A stretch of 64,000 bases of DNA, taken from assembly GCA_965214605.1 (NCBI GenBank), contig OZ243961.1, positions 896,001 through 960,000 on the forward strand, given 5' to 3'. The notes under the pieces are model-generated. The model ran no database searches. It was not told the origin of the DNA and saw only the letters and a program-made list of their open reading frames with translations. This document shows, piece by piece, positions 20,770-29,859 of this stretch; within the stretch, counting starts at the first letter, position 1; each line of letters starts with the position of its first letter. Position numbers and translations under genes: made by a program. Source of the DNA: an uncultured Candidatus Binatia bacterium (lineage in GTDB: Bacteria > Desulfobacterota > Binatia > Bin18).

Positions 20770-20858
20770 GTAGGTCGGGTTAGCCGTAGGCGTATCCCGA
20801 AGCAGAAGCCTATGGAGCGCAGTGGAATGTCGGATTACGCTTCGCTAATCCAACCTAC
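20770..20858. repeat. REP doublet (GTAG...CTAC, REPIN-like)
   Basis: GTAGGTCGGGTTAGC...CGTATCCCGA and inverted TCGGATTACGC..GCTAATCCAACCTAC. Confidence 0.7.
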
Positions 20859-20905
20859 AGCTCAATACGGACATGCGCCAAGTGTCCCGCGCCCATATGC
20901 AGGAC

Positions 20906-21450
20906 CTACGGTTGACCGTCACCGAACAACTCGTCGACCGCGTTACGAAACTCTTGAAAGAGCGGACCATTCCGATCGTTCAGACTCTCAACCAATCCGC
21001 GATAGTACCACGCCTGTAATGCCTTCCCCTCCCGGAAGCCCTCCCACACCCTGTCGCCAATCACCCGACGCTCGGCCAGAATCGACCGCACGTTGTGTAG
21101 CTTATCGGCGCAGGTCACCATGCACACCTCCGGCGATGCGCCTCGCAGCGACTCAATGGGGTGGCGTTCCGGTCTTTCCAGGGCGGCGACTTGTCTGATT
21201 CCCAGCACGTCTTGGCGATATTGGCAACCGCGCTGCCGAAGTCCTTTTCAATGTCGTCCAGCGTCAGTTCCGTATCCTTGACCGTATCATGGAGGATGCC
21301 TGCGACCAGAACGTCCTCGGCGCAACCCGTGCGCGCCAAGATCAAACCAATGGCGCCAGGGTGGGCGATGTACGGAACGTCGGTTCCCTTGCGGACTTGA
21401 TCGCGATGCGCCTTGGCAGCCACTTCAATTGCGCGATCTACTTTGTTCAT
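20906..21450 (-). pseudogene. HD-domain hydrolase (Mesh1/SpoT-like), frameshifted
   Basis: AH..QVRKGTDVPYIAHP, AGILHDTVKDT, then ADKLHNVRS in a second frame. Confidence 0.8.
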
Positions 21451-21699
21451 GGCTCTCCAACTTTGAATCGGCTCCGCAGAAGGCTGTCGAAGAGGTCGAT
21501 TCGGGGCGACGGTCGGCGACCGTCTAACGTGGCCTCTGTTAAACCGGGGTCCGTCGATGCTATGTGTGCCGGAACAGCAGTTACCGAGGCAGCAGGCGTC
21601 CCGCGAACCGCCCTCCAGACGTATAACGACCCCTCCATCAGGTTTTTCAATCGTCCTCAGACGTATCTCTGAATAGCTGCAGCCATCATCCTAAGTGAT

Positions 21700-22370
21700 G
21701 TTGCGCAGCCTTAAGGGATTGGAGTTCATTGAAGGTATAACGCACCCCTGAGATAGAGCCGGGTTCGTAGGGCCACGTAATTGAGCCGGTCTGTCACACT
21801 GAGCCAACTCAAGCGGCGCGCGGCGTAGCTCACCGGAAAGCAGTGATTGCTCTGCGTCCGTACCGTCTTCGTAGGCGACTTGGCAAGCGACGCGTGACTC
21901 TTGAGCGTCTTGTGATACGTCTCCACTTTCCACCGCCTCTGGTAGATTGCGATGATGCCTTCTCCGTTACCATTGAGGTCGCTGCAAGCCAGATACACAA
22001 CCCCGGTGCTACCATCTTTGTTTCTAAAGGCCTGACGGACGAGAAAAACGGGAAAGTCCATTCCTCTAGCTTCATCACGCAGGGCCGCCGTACGGTTGGC
22101 TTTGAGGGCAACCACAAAATGCTTGTTCAGGCCATGGCGGATGAAGGTCGGGTTTCTTTGGCTGAAAACCAACTGTCAGCCAGCACGCAGCGATACGTCA
22201 CCTGATTGTGCAGGCAGACGGCGCAGGTGTTCGTTCTTGGAAACGGTACCCTTACGTTTCAAGCGGCCTGTGTTCTCATCGCGGTACACGAGTCGATGCC
22301 GTTCATGGCAAAACGCCGTGAAGTGACCGTGCTGCGGGTCGAGCGACGCCTGGACGATGCGGTTGCGGCC
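21700..22370 (-). mobile_element. IS701-like DDE transposase remnant
   Basis: FVVALKANR, FRNKDGSTG, YQRRWKVETYHKTLKS.ASLAKSPTKT; internal deletions. Confidence 0.7.
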
Positions 22371-22387
22371 GCTGAGGGGGGCAGGCT

Positions 22388-22960
22388 CTAGGGGGCAGGG
22401 TTGACGTGGGGTGGGGAGAGGGGCGTCCACACCTTATCCTGGGGTGACTTGCCAACCAGTGCCACCAGGGCGGCATCTACGATGCCTGCCAAGGCACTTT
22501 CGGGATCATAGTCGATCACCTGTTTGAGTTTCAGACACAAGGGCGGATTGCGGCAGTTTAATTCTGATGCCAATGGCAGCCAAATTTCCGCCCCGCGCTC
22601 TTCCGCCAATGCCACCCAGGGCGGCGTACCGTGCTTCAGCTGGTTCCCCCACAGGACGTGGTATTCCGTCAGGGCATGGGCGGCGGTCATACACTCCGAT
22701 TTCAGAAGACGGCTTTGCCAGGTTTCATCCCAATGGGGCCAGATATGCCATTCGCCAGCCTCGCCAAACAGACGGAGATCGCTGACCCGGGTCCAATCGG
22801 GTTGTACATTCGGAGGCCAGCAGATTCCGTTCGACTGTACCACGCCAAAGCCGATAAAGCCGGGTTCCTGTAACAAGATCCAAGCCGTTTTACGAGAGGT
22901 CACATCGGACAGGCGCGAACAGATCAAGGTTTCGTTGAGTTCTGTAAGCGTGTCAGGCAT
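22388..22960 (-). CDS. csx19: Type III-D CRISPR protein Csx19
   Basis: DLRLFGEAGEWHIW, HVLWG, QVIDYD pattern; position after the RAMP genes. Confidence 0.75.
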   Translation of the reverse strand: MPDTLTELNETLICSRLSDVTSRKTAWILLQEPGFIGFGVVQSNGICWPPNVQPDWTRVSDLRLFGEAGEWHIWPHWDETWQSRLLKSECMTAAHALTEYHVLWGNQLKHGTPPWVALAEERGAEIWLPLASELNCRNPPLCLKLKQVIDYDPESALAGIVDAALVALVGKSPQDKVWTPLSPPHVNPAP

Positions 22961-22973
22961 TGGTGATCCCTTC

Positions 22974-24437
22974 TTAGACGGGTCGGCGTGAGCCGACAGG
23001 CCGATTGGAATAGTCCCTGGCCTTCTTGACACAACATTCAAGGAATAAGGCATTATCCTTATCTTTGACGTCAATTCCGCCGTTCCCGCTATTCCGCAAT
23101 TCCCACTCAGGCTTTGGCAAACCGCGCTCAGGATCTATTAGCCGCAAGTACGCTTTGATGCCCTTCAGGGTGCCGCGGCCATTGCTCGTTTCTCCGCCAA
23201 GCGCGGCGTGGCCGTGCCAGAAGTCGCGCAGGGTCAAGAGCAACAAGCCGATTTCTGCGTCGTCAGGCTCCTCCAACGTCAGCGTCAGCCGGATGTGACG
23301 TTCAGGCTTTTTCGGAAAAATCGGTTCCTCGTCAAACAAGGCGCTCGGCAGGCTGCCACCGGTAAACCGATCAATGGCAACACGATGCTGCCGACGTGAT
23401 TCCACATGCTCCACCAGACGTTCCTCAATCCGTACCCGGCTTGCCCACACATCCTTTTGCCGACTTGTGGATTGTTGCTCATGGATGGGCCCGAACATTT
23501 CGCAAACCGCGTCCTTGTCCTCGTGTTTTTTGCGCCAACCGATGGTATTCGCAATCAGGGCAGCACGATGTCGGAACGCACCGGCGAAGGAAGTACCGGG
23601 AACAACGGGCTGTCCATTGGATTGCAGATGAACCATCTCCGGGTCCTTCGGTTTACCGGATGAATTGCGGATTAACAGGGAGGTGCGCAGCTCAAATTCC
23701 ACTTCAATGTGAAAATATCGCCGGCGGTCGGGCAATGGGTGTGGCTTCAGGCAGCTCTCAGGGCGGGACCAGGCATCGTCACGTAACCACGCCATGACAT
23801 CCTCTGGGTTGTTCATGCACAATTTGCGTATGTCCCAAGCTGCCACCTTGCCGCGTCCATAGCCGCGGCGGGTACGTGCGCCCAAGCGGATGTCGCCTTG
23901 CTGGAACCCGTACAAGAGAGCCAAAAACAACTTCTCCAGTTCAGCGTCGTTTTCTCCCTGACGAATAATACACTCCAGACACAACTCAAACTCGGCACCG
24001 CGTTCGACAACTTCCACATCGAATTTTGCTCCTACAGCAGCGGAACCAGACCGGGCATTCACACGCACCCCGTCGCGAATTATCGTCTTCACCGTTTTCT
24101 GCCTACAGGCAGCATCAGCCACGGTCAAGGCGCTCATGGTGTCATCTTTGCCCGCTCCACCGAAGAATTGTTTGATCTCCTGCGGTTCATTCTCCTCCTT
24201 GATGTAGTCCTCCCAAGCTAAACTCTGCCGGGCCAGAAAACTCCGTGCGACACCAACGATCGACGCGGCCGGAATAAAGGGGCGTCTATCCGCATCCTGC
24301 AAGAGGCACATATCCGCTACTCCGGTTTCGTCACCCCCAAAGTGGGCTGCACTGTGCAGTTTCCAGGTGCCACGGGCATACAGACGGCGCACAACGGCAT
24401 CGGCGGCTACTGTCATTGCGGTCAGCGTATTCACCAT
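22974..24437 (-). CDS. cas7: Cas7-Cas7 double RAMP (Csm3-like x2)
   Basis: Two RAMP units: PFIPAASIVG...LGARTRRGYG and PVVPGTSFAGAFR...VAIDRFTGG...LGGETSNGRG. Confidence 0.9.
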   Translation of the reverse strand: MVNTLTAMTVAADAVVRRLYARGTWKLHSAAHFGGDETGVADMCLLQDADRRPFIPAASIVGVARSFLARQSLAWEDYIKEENEPQEIKQFFGGAGKDDTMSALTVADAACRQKTVKTIIRDGVRVNARSGSAAVGAKFDVEVVERGAEFELCLECIIRQGENDAELEKLFLALLYGFQQGDIRLGARTRRGYGRGKVAAWDIRKLCMNNPEDVMAWLRDDAWSRPESCLKPHPLPDRRRYFHIEVEFELRTSLLIRNSSGKPKDPEMVHLQSNGQPVVPGTSFAGAFRHRAALIANTIGWRKKHEDKDAVCEMFGPIHEQQSTSRQKDVWASRVRIEERLVEHVESRRQHRVAIDRFTGGSLPSALFDEEPIFPKKPERHIRLTLTLEEPDDAEIGLLLLTLRDFWHGHAALGGETSNGRGTLKGIKAYLRLIDPERGLPKPEWELRNSGNGGIDVKDKDNALFLECCVKKARDYSNRPVGSRRPV

Positions 24438-24487
24438 GATGCCGTCCTCATCTTGTTGCTGTATTTTCCGACAGAATCACCTTCGTC

Positions 24488-26893
24488 CTAAATCCGCTGT
24501 CGCCGGTGTAATGCCGTCAGTAGATGATCAAGGAACACTGTGCACATGGTCGTGCTATCGTCTCGCACTAACTCGGCGACCATGGCTTGGCACATATCAG
24601 AGTCGTGATCCTTGACAAGCTCTTGGACACGCTCTGTAATCAATTCCTGAGTTAAGGACTCGGGGGCAGTCCAAGCCTTCTCGAACAATTGATGCAGTGT
24701 TATTTGATTCGGCAACCCCGAGAGATCACGTGTATCAATCCGATAATCCGAAAGTTGTTCCTTTGCCGGATCACGCAGTTTTTTTAAACTCTCCACGGGC
24801 GAGTCCTGTTGAAAAAACAAACGCAACCGTCCAAGGAGCGAATTGCTCGGAAAATTCTTGCTCGGTATCTGCTTGGAGATAAGCATGGCACGCTGCTGCA
24901 TCTCTGCCAAGCAACGCGTTCGCACAACGCCCCGCAGAATATCCCGGGGTATCTTCGAGTCAGGCGCCTCGGGGATATCTAGTCTTTCGGGATCGTCAAG
25001 CGGTGTTTCTTTTTTCCCCGTCAATTCGAGGCTGCCCTGACGATTGACGGCAATGCGTCCCATACCCTCTCCCTTACGCAGCCCCAGGCCATCGTGCTCC
25101 AGTAGGAAGAGTACTCCTTGTCGGGGGGCCCGTTGCATGTCGAATACAAAAACACTGCCGGCAGCAATAGCAGGCCACTGCTGCCGTGGCAGCCGCAGGT
25201 GGGTGTGATATCCGCCAACCAGTTCCGTGCGGGTATAACTGTGCGAAAGTTTTAGTTTCGTTGCAGAGGCGGTATCCAGACCAAGGGCTTCGGCCAACTC
25301 ACGCTCCGGAAAACGCGCTTCGGAGTGCCCTTGGTCATTGACAGTCAACAAGGGGGAGAGAGTGGTAATGATCAAACGATTGTCAAGAACCGGCGGCATG
25401 ATCTTGGAGGGACACTGATCAACGAATCCGTCCCACTCGCTGGGCATCTTGTTCAGGGCAAGCGGTGTCTCATCAATCCATTCAAATTTTGCCTCGCCGT
25501 ACTGTGCGCTGCGCGAGCGTCCGATCCCTATTGAGTTTACCCCCTGTAACCACGTTTGCAGAGCCTTGAGATCAATATCTGAGCCGAGTACGGCACCTTG
25601 AAACGACTGGCCAGCGCAGATGGCTTCATACATAAAGAACGCACCTCCATCTGCGACTTCTGCGCCTAGAGCACGTCCTTTGCGGCGATCACCAGCACGG
25701 GCATGGTGATAGTTGCGCTCCGTCTTAACCGCCTGTGTTTTCAAACTCCATTGCTCGATCTTGGCGTAGCGGCGATCAAGACGCTGTGTCTGTTCCTCGG
25801 TCGATTGTTCCACGAAATCTACCAAATGGTCATCGTTCTTGAGTTTGCGTATGGAGTGGGGAATGGGGATCATGCGCTGTGTCTCATCAAATACCTCGGG
25901 GTCATCCGCTTCCGGGTAGGCCGTCAGGAACCGCAAGCCCCCATCAAGAAAGGCGTGATGAAATTCCTTATCCGTTGGTGTATGGCCCGATTGACGTAGG
26001 TAGTGCCAAGCGGCAACCCCCAGTATGTGACCTCCGGGCACGTCCTGCCGGGTCATAACGGTATTCGGGTCACCATCTGCCACCGGGATAACCGCCGGTG
26101 CTGTTAAGGTCAGCCGATAGCGCAGCAAATGGGTGGGAGTTGGGCTGTTTGAACGGGGAGAGGAAACCGTCTGCTTCTTTGGCGTTTGGGATGGCTGAGC
26201 AGGGCTGTTCGCGGTTATTGATGGAAGCGCGTCGTTGCTCAGGGCCTGTCCGGTCAAGTCGCATTCTTGACCGCCCGCGTCGCGGGCAAGCAGGCGGCAA
26301 CAGACCTTTCCGAGACCGCGTGTGCGTGCCGTTCCTATGTGTTGCAGAGCGGCGGCACCCAGACTCAATGCCTTGAGCAGTGCTTCGTCAGGAGGCTCAA
26401 CAAAGCGCAAAGGAGCACGAAATACCAGGCCCGCTTGTAGGGTGCGGGTAAGGCGCAGAGTATTTTCACGCGCCGCACCGGTCTGGCGGTCAATGGCGGT
26501 TTGGGTACGTATGTCGGCAAAGTGTTGCACGATGTCGTCAGGGTGCAGTTTTTGAATTTTGTGATGTTGCAGGTAGGCCAACCAGGGCTTTAAGGATGGT
26601 GCCTCCTGCAACTCTGCATTGGCGATATATAGGCTGGCGTCCCCATCACCGGGTTTTTGCCCCGGCTCACCGAAAATTTGATCTACCGGTATTGACGACT
26701 GTCTATTCAAAGCCCACGCCTCAGCAACATCGCGATAGGCTTCTCGCCACAACCCTTTGAGACGCCTCCCCGGGAGAATGGGCAGCCCCACTTCATCAAA
26801 GGCCACGTCTCGGTCAACCAAGCCCACACGTCCTTCACCGGCAGCGGACGTGAGCGACGATTGCAGTGTGATCTGCAAAACATAATCCGTCAT
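24488..26893 (-). CDS. csx10: Cas7-Cas5(Csx10)-Cas11 fusion
   Basis: GLVDRDV..DEVGLPILPGRRLKG, IGTARTRGLG, IGRSRSAQYG, GLGLRKGEGMGR, helical tail PSNSLLGRLR. Confidence 0.85.
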   Translation of the reverse strand: MTDYVLQITLQSSLTSAAGEGRVGLVDRDVAFDEVGLPILPGRRLKGLWREAYRDVAEAWALNRQSSIPVDQIFGEPGQKPGDGDASLYIANAELQEAPSLKPWLAYLQHHKIQKLHPDDIVQHFADIRTQTAIDRQTGAARENTLRLTRTLQAGLVFRAPLRFVEPPDEALLKALSLGAAALQHIGTARTRGLGKVCCRLLARDAGGQECDLTGQALSNDALPSITANSPAQPSQTPKKQTVSSPRSNSPTPTHLLRYRLTLTAPAVIPVADGDPNTVMTRQDVPGGHILGVAAWHYLRQSGHTPTDKEFHHAFLDGGLRFLTAYPEADDPEVFDETQRMIPIPHSIRKLKNDDHLVDFVEQSTEEQTQRLDRRYAKIEQWSLKTQAVKTERNYHHARAGDRRKGRALGAEVADGGAFFMYEAICAGQSFQGAVLGSDIDLKALQTWLQGVNSIGIGRSRSAQYGEAKFEWIDETPLALNKMPSEWDGFVDQCPSKIMPPVLDNRLIITTLSPLLTVNDQGHSEARFPERELAEALGLDTASATKLKLSHSYTRTELVGGYHTHLRLPRQQWPAIAAGSVFVFDMQRAPRQGVLFLLEHDGLGLRKGEGMGRIAVNRQGSLELTGKKETPLDDPERLDIPEAPDSKIPRDILRGVVRTRCLAEMQQRAMLISKQIPSKNFPSNSLLGRLRLFFQQDSPVESLKKLRDPAKEQLSDYRIDTRDLSGLPNQITLHQLFEKAWTAPESLTQELITERVQELVKDHDSDMCQAMVAELVRDDSTTMCTVFLDHLLTALHRRQRI

Positions 26894-26896
26894 TCC

Positions 26897-28543
26897 TCAT
26901 CCCTCTTTGCCTCCATCACCGGTTGCCGGCGAGGATGTCGGCTTCGTCTCTATATAGAAATCAATTGCCTCAAGCGGATCGAAATACGGTGTCGTGCAAT
27001 CTGGAGGATCTCCACCTGTAAAGCCTGTGCCGCGCACGTCTGACGGCGGCAGCTTTATCCCACGCCATTGTGCGCCCTCGACGAAACGTTTGGTTGCAAC
27101 CGATCCCTGGGTTAGAACCTGGAGAAGCTCTTTGGCACGGCTGCGGGGCCATTGCGGCGACTGGAACGCTTTCAAAATCGCGACGAACTCACCCCATTTT
27201 TCTGGTACTTGGTAGGGTCGCTGATGTAATGTTTGTCCTTCGAGACTGCGATATTGTGTCTCTCTAAGGACGGAAATTGATCGGGTGGCACCTTCTTGGA
27301 TGATCTGAAAATCCAGCCAACTGCCGGCTCCCTCGTTCCCCGTCTGTTTTTCCTCCCGGCGGCGTTTCTTGGCCAATCCGCAGAGTTCATCGGCAAAGCC
27401 GTAAGCACGGGCAAAGGGAAATTTCGTGGGCACAATGGCCACTCCTGCACAGGCGTCAACGGATTTGTCCTCGTCCAAAACTCTGATCCTGCCCTTGGCA
27501 AATTCCTCCAGATAGAAAGCCGCTAGATCAAGCCCCAAGCGACCGTCGCAGACAAACGTCAGATCGTCACCGCCGTACACAATGGGACGCAGAGGAAAGA
27601 TTTGTTCGTCCTTCAGCGACAGGACATCTTTCAGGTACGGCAGGGCATCTTGTAGATACTTCAAGGTTTTCTCTAAGGCCAAGTGGGACAGATGCGACAC
27701 AGAGGCCGAAAACGCCCGGACGTGATGAAGAAAATCAGCATCACCCTGGTCGTTGCCTATCACCCGATTGAGCAGTTCTCCCATCCCGTTACCGTCGGCA
27801 TGCACCACGGCAATATGCGACTGTCCCTCACTGCCACCTAATTTATCAAGTTCAATAGCAAAGCGTTGTCCTTGCTTCAGAATCGATCTAAATTCCCCTG
27901 TAATGGCGTTTTGCGCAGCACCCGGCTGACGTTCAGAGCCAACTTCCTTTTGCTTGCAGGCCGCGGATCGAGATATCCACTGGTTCTCCTCGTATTGTTC
28001 TTGACTGGGCTCGCTCGCCGGGAGGCCCGTAGTGGTGCAAGTGCGAACGACGGGTAAGCCGTGTAATGCGGCCCCAAACGGCAATGCTTCTTCGCAACGG
28101 GCCAAACCCTTCAATGCGGCACGATACGCCTTGGACAATGATCCGTTGACCTCCCCATAGCCAACGGCCACGCGCAGTCCTGGGGCATTTACGAGTAATT
28201 CGCGGCTCCATGCCGAGACGGTCTTGTTGGCGGTTTCACGGTCTTTGAACAGCAGAGCAGCATTGCCCCCACCTACGTAGAGGAGATTGACATCTTTAGT
28301 CGTGTCCGCCGGCTTTTCAGGTTGAGATATTGAGGAATTTTTTTGGTACGCATCCCATGCAGTCGTGTCAATGGTGCATCCCGTTCGGCGCACAGCCCCG
28401 GTCAAGCCTTTGTCAAGCCAGTGTTTTGCCAGATAGGATGCACCGATGTTCTCTTTCAGGCGGTTGCTCTGAAAGATATACCGCTGAATACCCGCCGTGC
28501 CAAAGACCACGACACATTGACCTTTACCGATAGAAATTGACAT
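26897..28543 (-). CDS. cas10: Cas10 without HD domain
   Basis: GIQRYIF..NRLKENIGAS, YVGGGNA, VHADGNGMG, IVYGGDD; ~548 aa from ATG 28543. Confidence 0.92.
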   Translation of the reverse strand: MSISIGKGQCVVVFGTAGIQRYIFQSNRLKENIGASYLAKHWLDKGLTGAVRRTGCTIDTTAWDAYQKNSSISQPEKPADTTKDVNLLYVGGGNAALLFKDRETANKTVSAWSRELLVNAPGLRVAVGYGEVNGSLSKAYRAALKGLARCEEALPFGAALHGLPVVRTCTTTGLPASEPSQEQYEENQWISRSAACKQKEVGSERQPGAAQNAITGEFRSILKQGQRFAIELDKLGGSEGQSHIAVVHADGNGMGELLNRVIGNDQGDADFLHHVRAFSASVSHLSHLALEKTLKYLQDALPYLKDVLSLKDEQIFPLRPIVYGGDDLTFVCDGRLGLDLAAFYLEEFAKGRIRVLDEDKSVDACAGVAIVPTKFPFARAYGFADELCGLAKKRRREEKQTGNEGAGSWLDFQIIQEGATRSISVLRETQYRSLEGQTLHQRPYQVPEKWGEFVAILKAFQSPQWPRSRAKELLQVLTQGSVATKRFVEGAQWRGIKLPPSDVRGTGFTGGDPPDCTTPYFDPLEAIDFYIETKPTSSPATGDGGKEG

Positions 28544-28559
28544 AGAAGCATCCTTAATT

Positions 28560-29657
28560 TCATTTCCAATATAAGTCTCGGCGCAGGTAACGTCCAAAAT
28601 GTCGAGATAGTTGTTTCCATTTCTTCTTTCCCCAGACTTGCAAGGGCAGCTTTTCACTGCCCGTTTCATCCTGCAATTCTGCTTCGACCCGCTCTATTGC
28701 CTTAGGATCATAGTTTGCACACAGCACTATGGCACGCGCTTCATCACCGCCGAGTTGTCGCGCCCGTAGAATAGCCTCCATGCCTTTTTCTTTGATCGTG
28801 TTTTGACAAAAATCAGTGGTGCATGAAACAACAACAATTTGATACCCCAGTACTGCAACTACATCGAGTTCAAAAGGCTTAACCTCTTGATTTCCCTCTC
28901 CAGCCCGCCGGACGTACACTGTGTGGAAAAGCTCACAATTACGTCGAGATTCATTTTCTTCTGAAATTCGCTGTAGGGCTTCCTCAAAGGCAGCGTATGC
29001 ACCGTACTCAAGCCAAAGGGGATTTTTACAGCGATCCTGGAAAAGCGCTTGACGGCCCGCTGTTAATTGTGCTTGATCCGGCGTTGCGGGGCCTGGGCAC
29101 TCTTTCTTATGGGAAGCACTTCTCTGCCAATATGTGTGCTCAAATGGTCCGATCGTAAAACCGTTGAGAAGAGCAATGGTCTTAAGACGTGCATCAACTT
29201 TTTTGCGGGTATCTCCTACAAGTACCCCGTTCCGACTCCTGATTGTTGGTGCTGAAGTGCGCCCCGGATCCAGGTAGGACGCATCTATTTGGACCGCCCG
29301 ATTGTTTCGCAGCGTGGCCTCAAGGGCGGCAACGGTTTCCACGCCCATTGCTTGGGTACCACCGGTGTAGTGGATGTGCAAATTAGTGAGGGTGTTGACG
29401 GGATTAGTTGGGTCATTCGACATAGCTTCTTTAATGTCCCTCCGTATCACCTTGGGATCTCCCGCCGACGTTAGGATGGAGCTAAGAAAAGTGGCACCTT
29501 CGCAATGACGCTTCAGCCGCTCTTCTTCAGCCTCCGTGCCCGTCGTACGCACAAATCGCACCTGAACAGGCTGTGGCAATTTGTCTTTCAAATGATGCCA
29601 AGCCACCCAGACGGGCAGCGGATTGGTCCCGACCGTAAGAATAAGTTGCGTTCCCAT
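28560..29657 (-). CDS. CARF plus restriction-endonuclease-like (DUF1887; Card1/Can2-like) effector
   Basis: LTVGTNPLP, HYTGGTQAM (CARF); WLEY, FELDVVAVLGYQIVVVSCTT, RARQLGGDEAR. Confidence 0.75.
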   Translation of the reverse strand: MGTQLILTVGTNPLPVWVAWHHLKDKLPQPVQVRFVRTTGTEAEEERLKRHCEGATFLSSILTSAGDPKVIRRDIKEAMSNDPTNPVNTLTNLHIHYTGGTQAMGVETVAALEATLRNNRAVQIDASYLDPGRTSAPTIRSRNGVLVGDTRKKVDARLKTIALLNGFTIGPFEHTYWQRSASHKKECPGPATPDQAQLTAGRQALFQDRCKNPLWLEYGAYAAFEEALQRISEENESRRNCELFHTVYVRRAGEGNQEVKPFELDVVAVLGYQIVVVSCTTDFCQNTIKEKGMEAILRARQLGGDEARAIVLCANYDPKAIERVEAELQDETGSEKLPLQVWGKKKWKQLSRHFGRYLRRDLYWK

Positions 29658-29699
29658 GACGATTTTCTCCGTGTGAGTGAACGAGAAGTAAAGGCTCTT

Positions 29700-29852
29700 G
29701 GACGACGGCAACTACCCAACGGGTCAACCAGTGACGGCGCAACAAATGGAGAGTATTTCGCTCAAGCGGGATACGTTCCACGGCGACTGGAATTACAGCC
29801 CTGCACCAAGAGGAGACCTGCAAATAACCAATTTATTTTGGCGGGATGCCCA
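29700..29852 (+). mobile_element. ISAzo13-family transposase 3' scar
   Basis: YPTGQPVTAQQMESISLKRDTFHGDWNYS matches the C-terminus of this family. Confidence 0.7.
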
Positions 29853-29859
29853 ACCTGAC

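Noticed and set aside
28544-28669. N-terminal extension of Cas10 as a possible HD remnant
   Set aside because: Overlaps the upstream gene; RBS supports ATG 28543; no HD motif.
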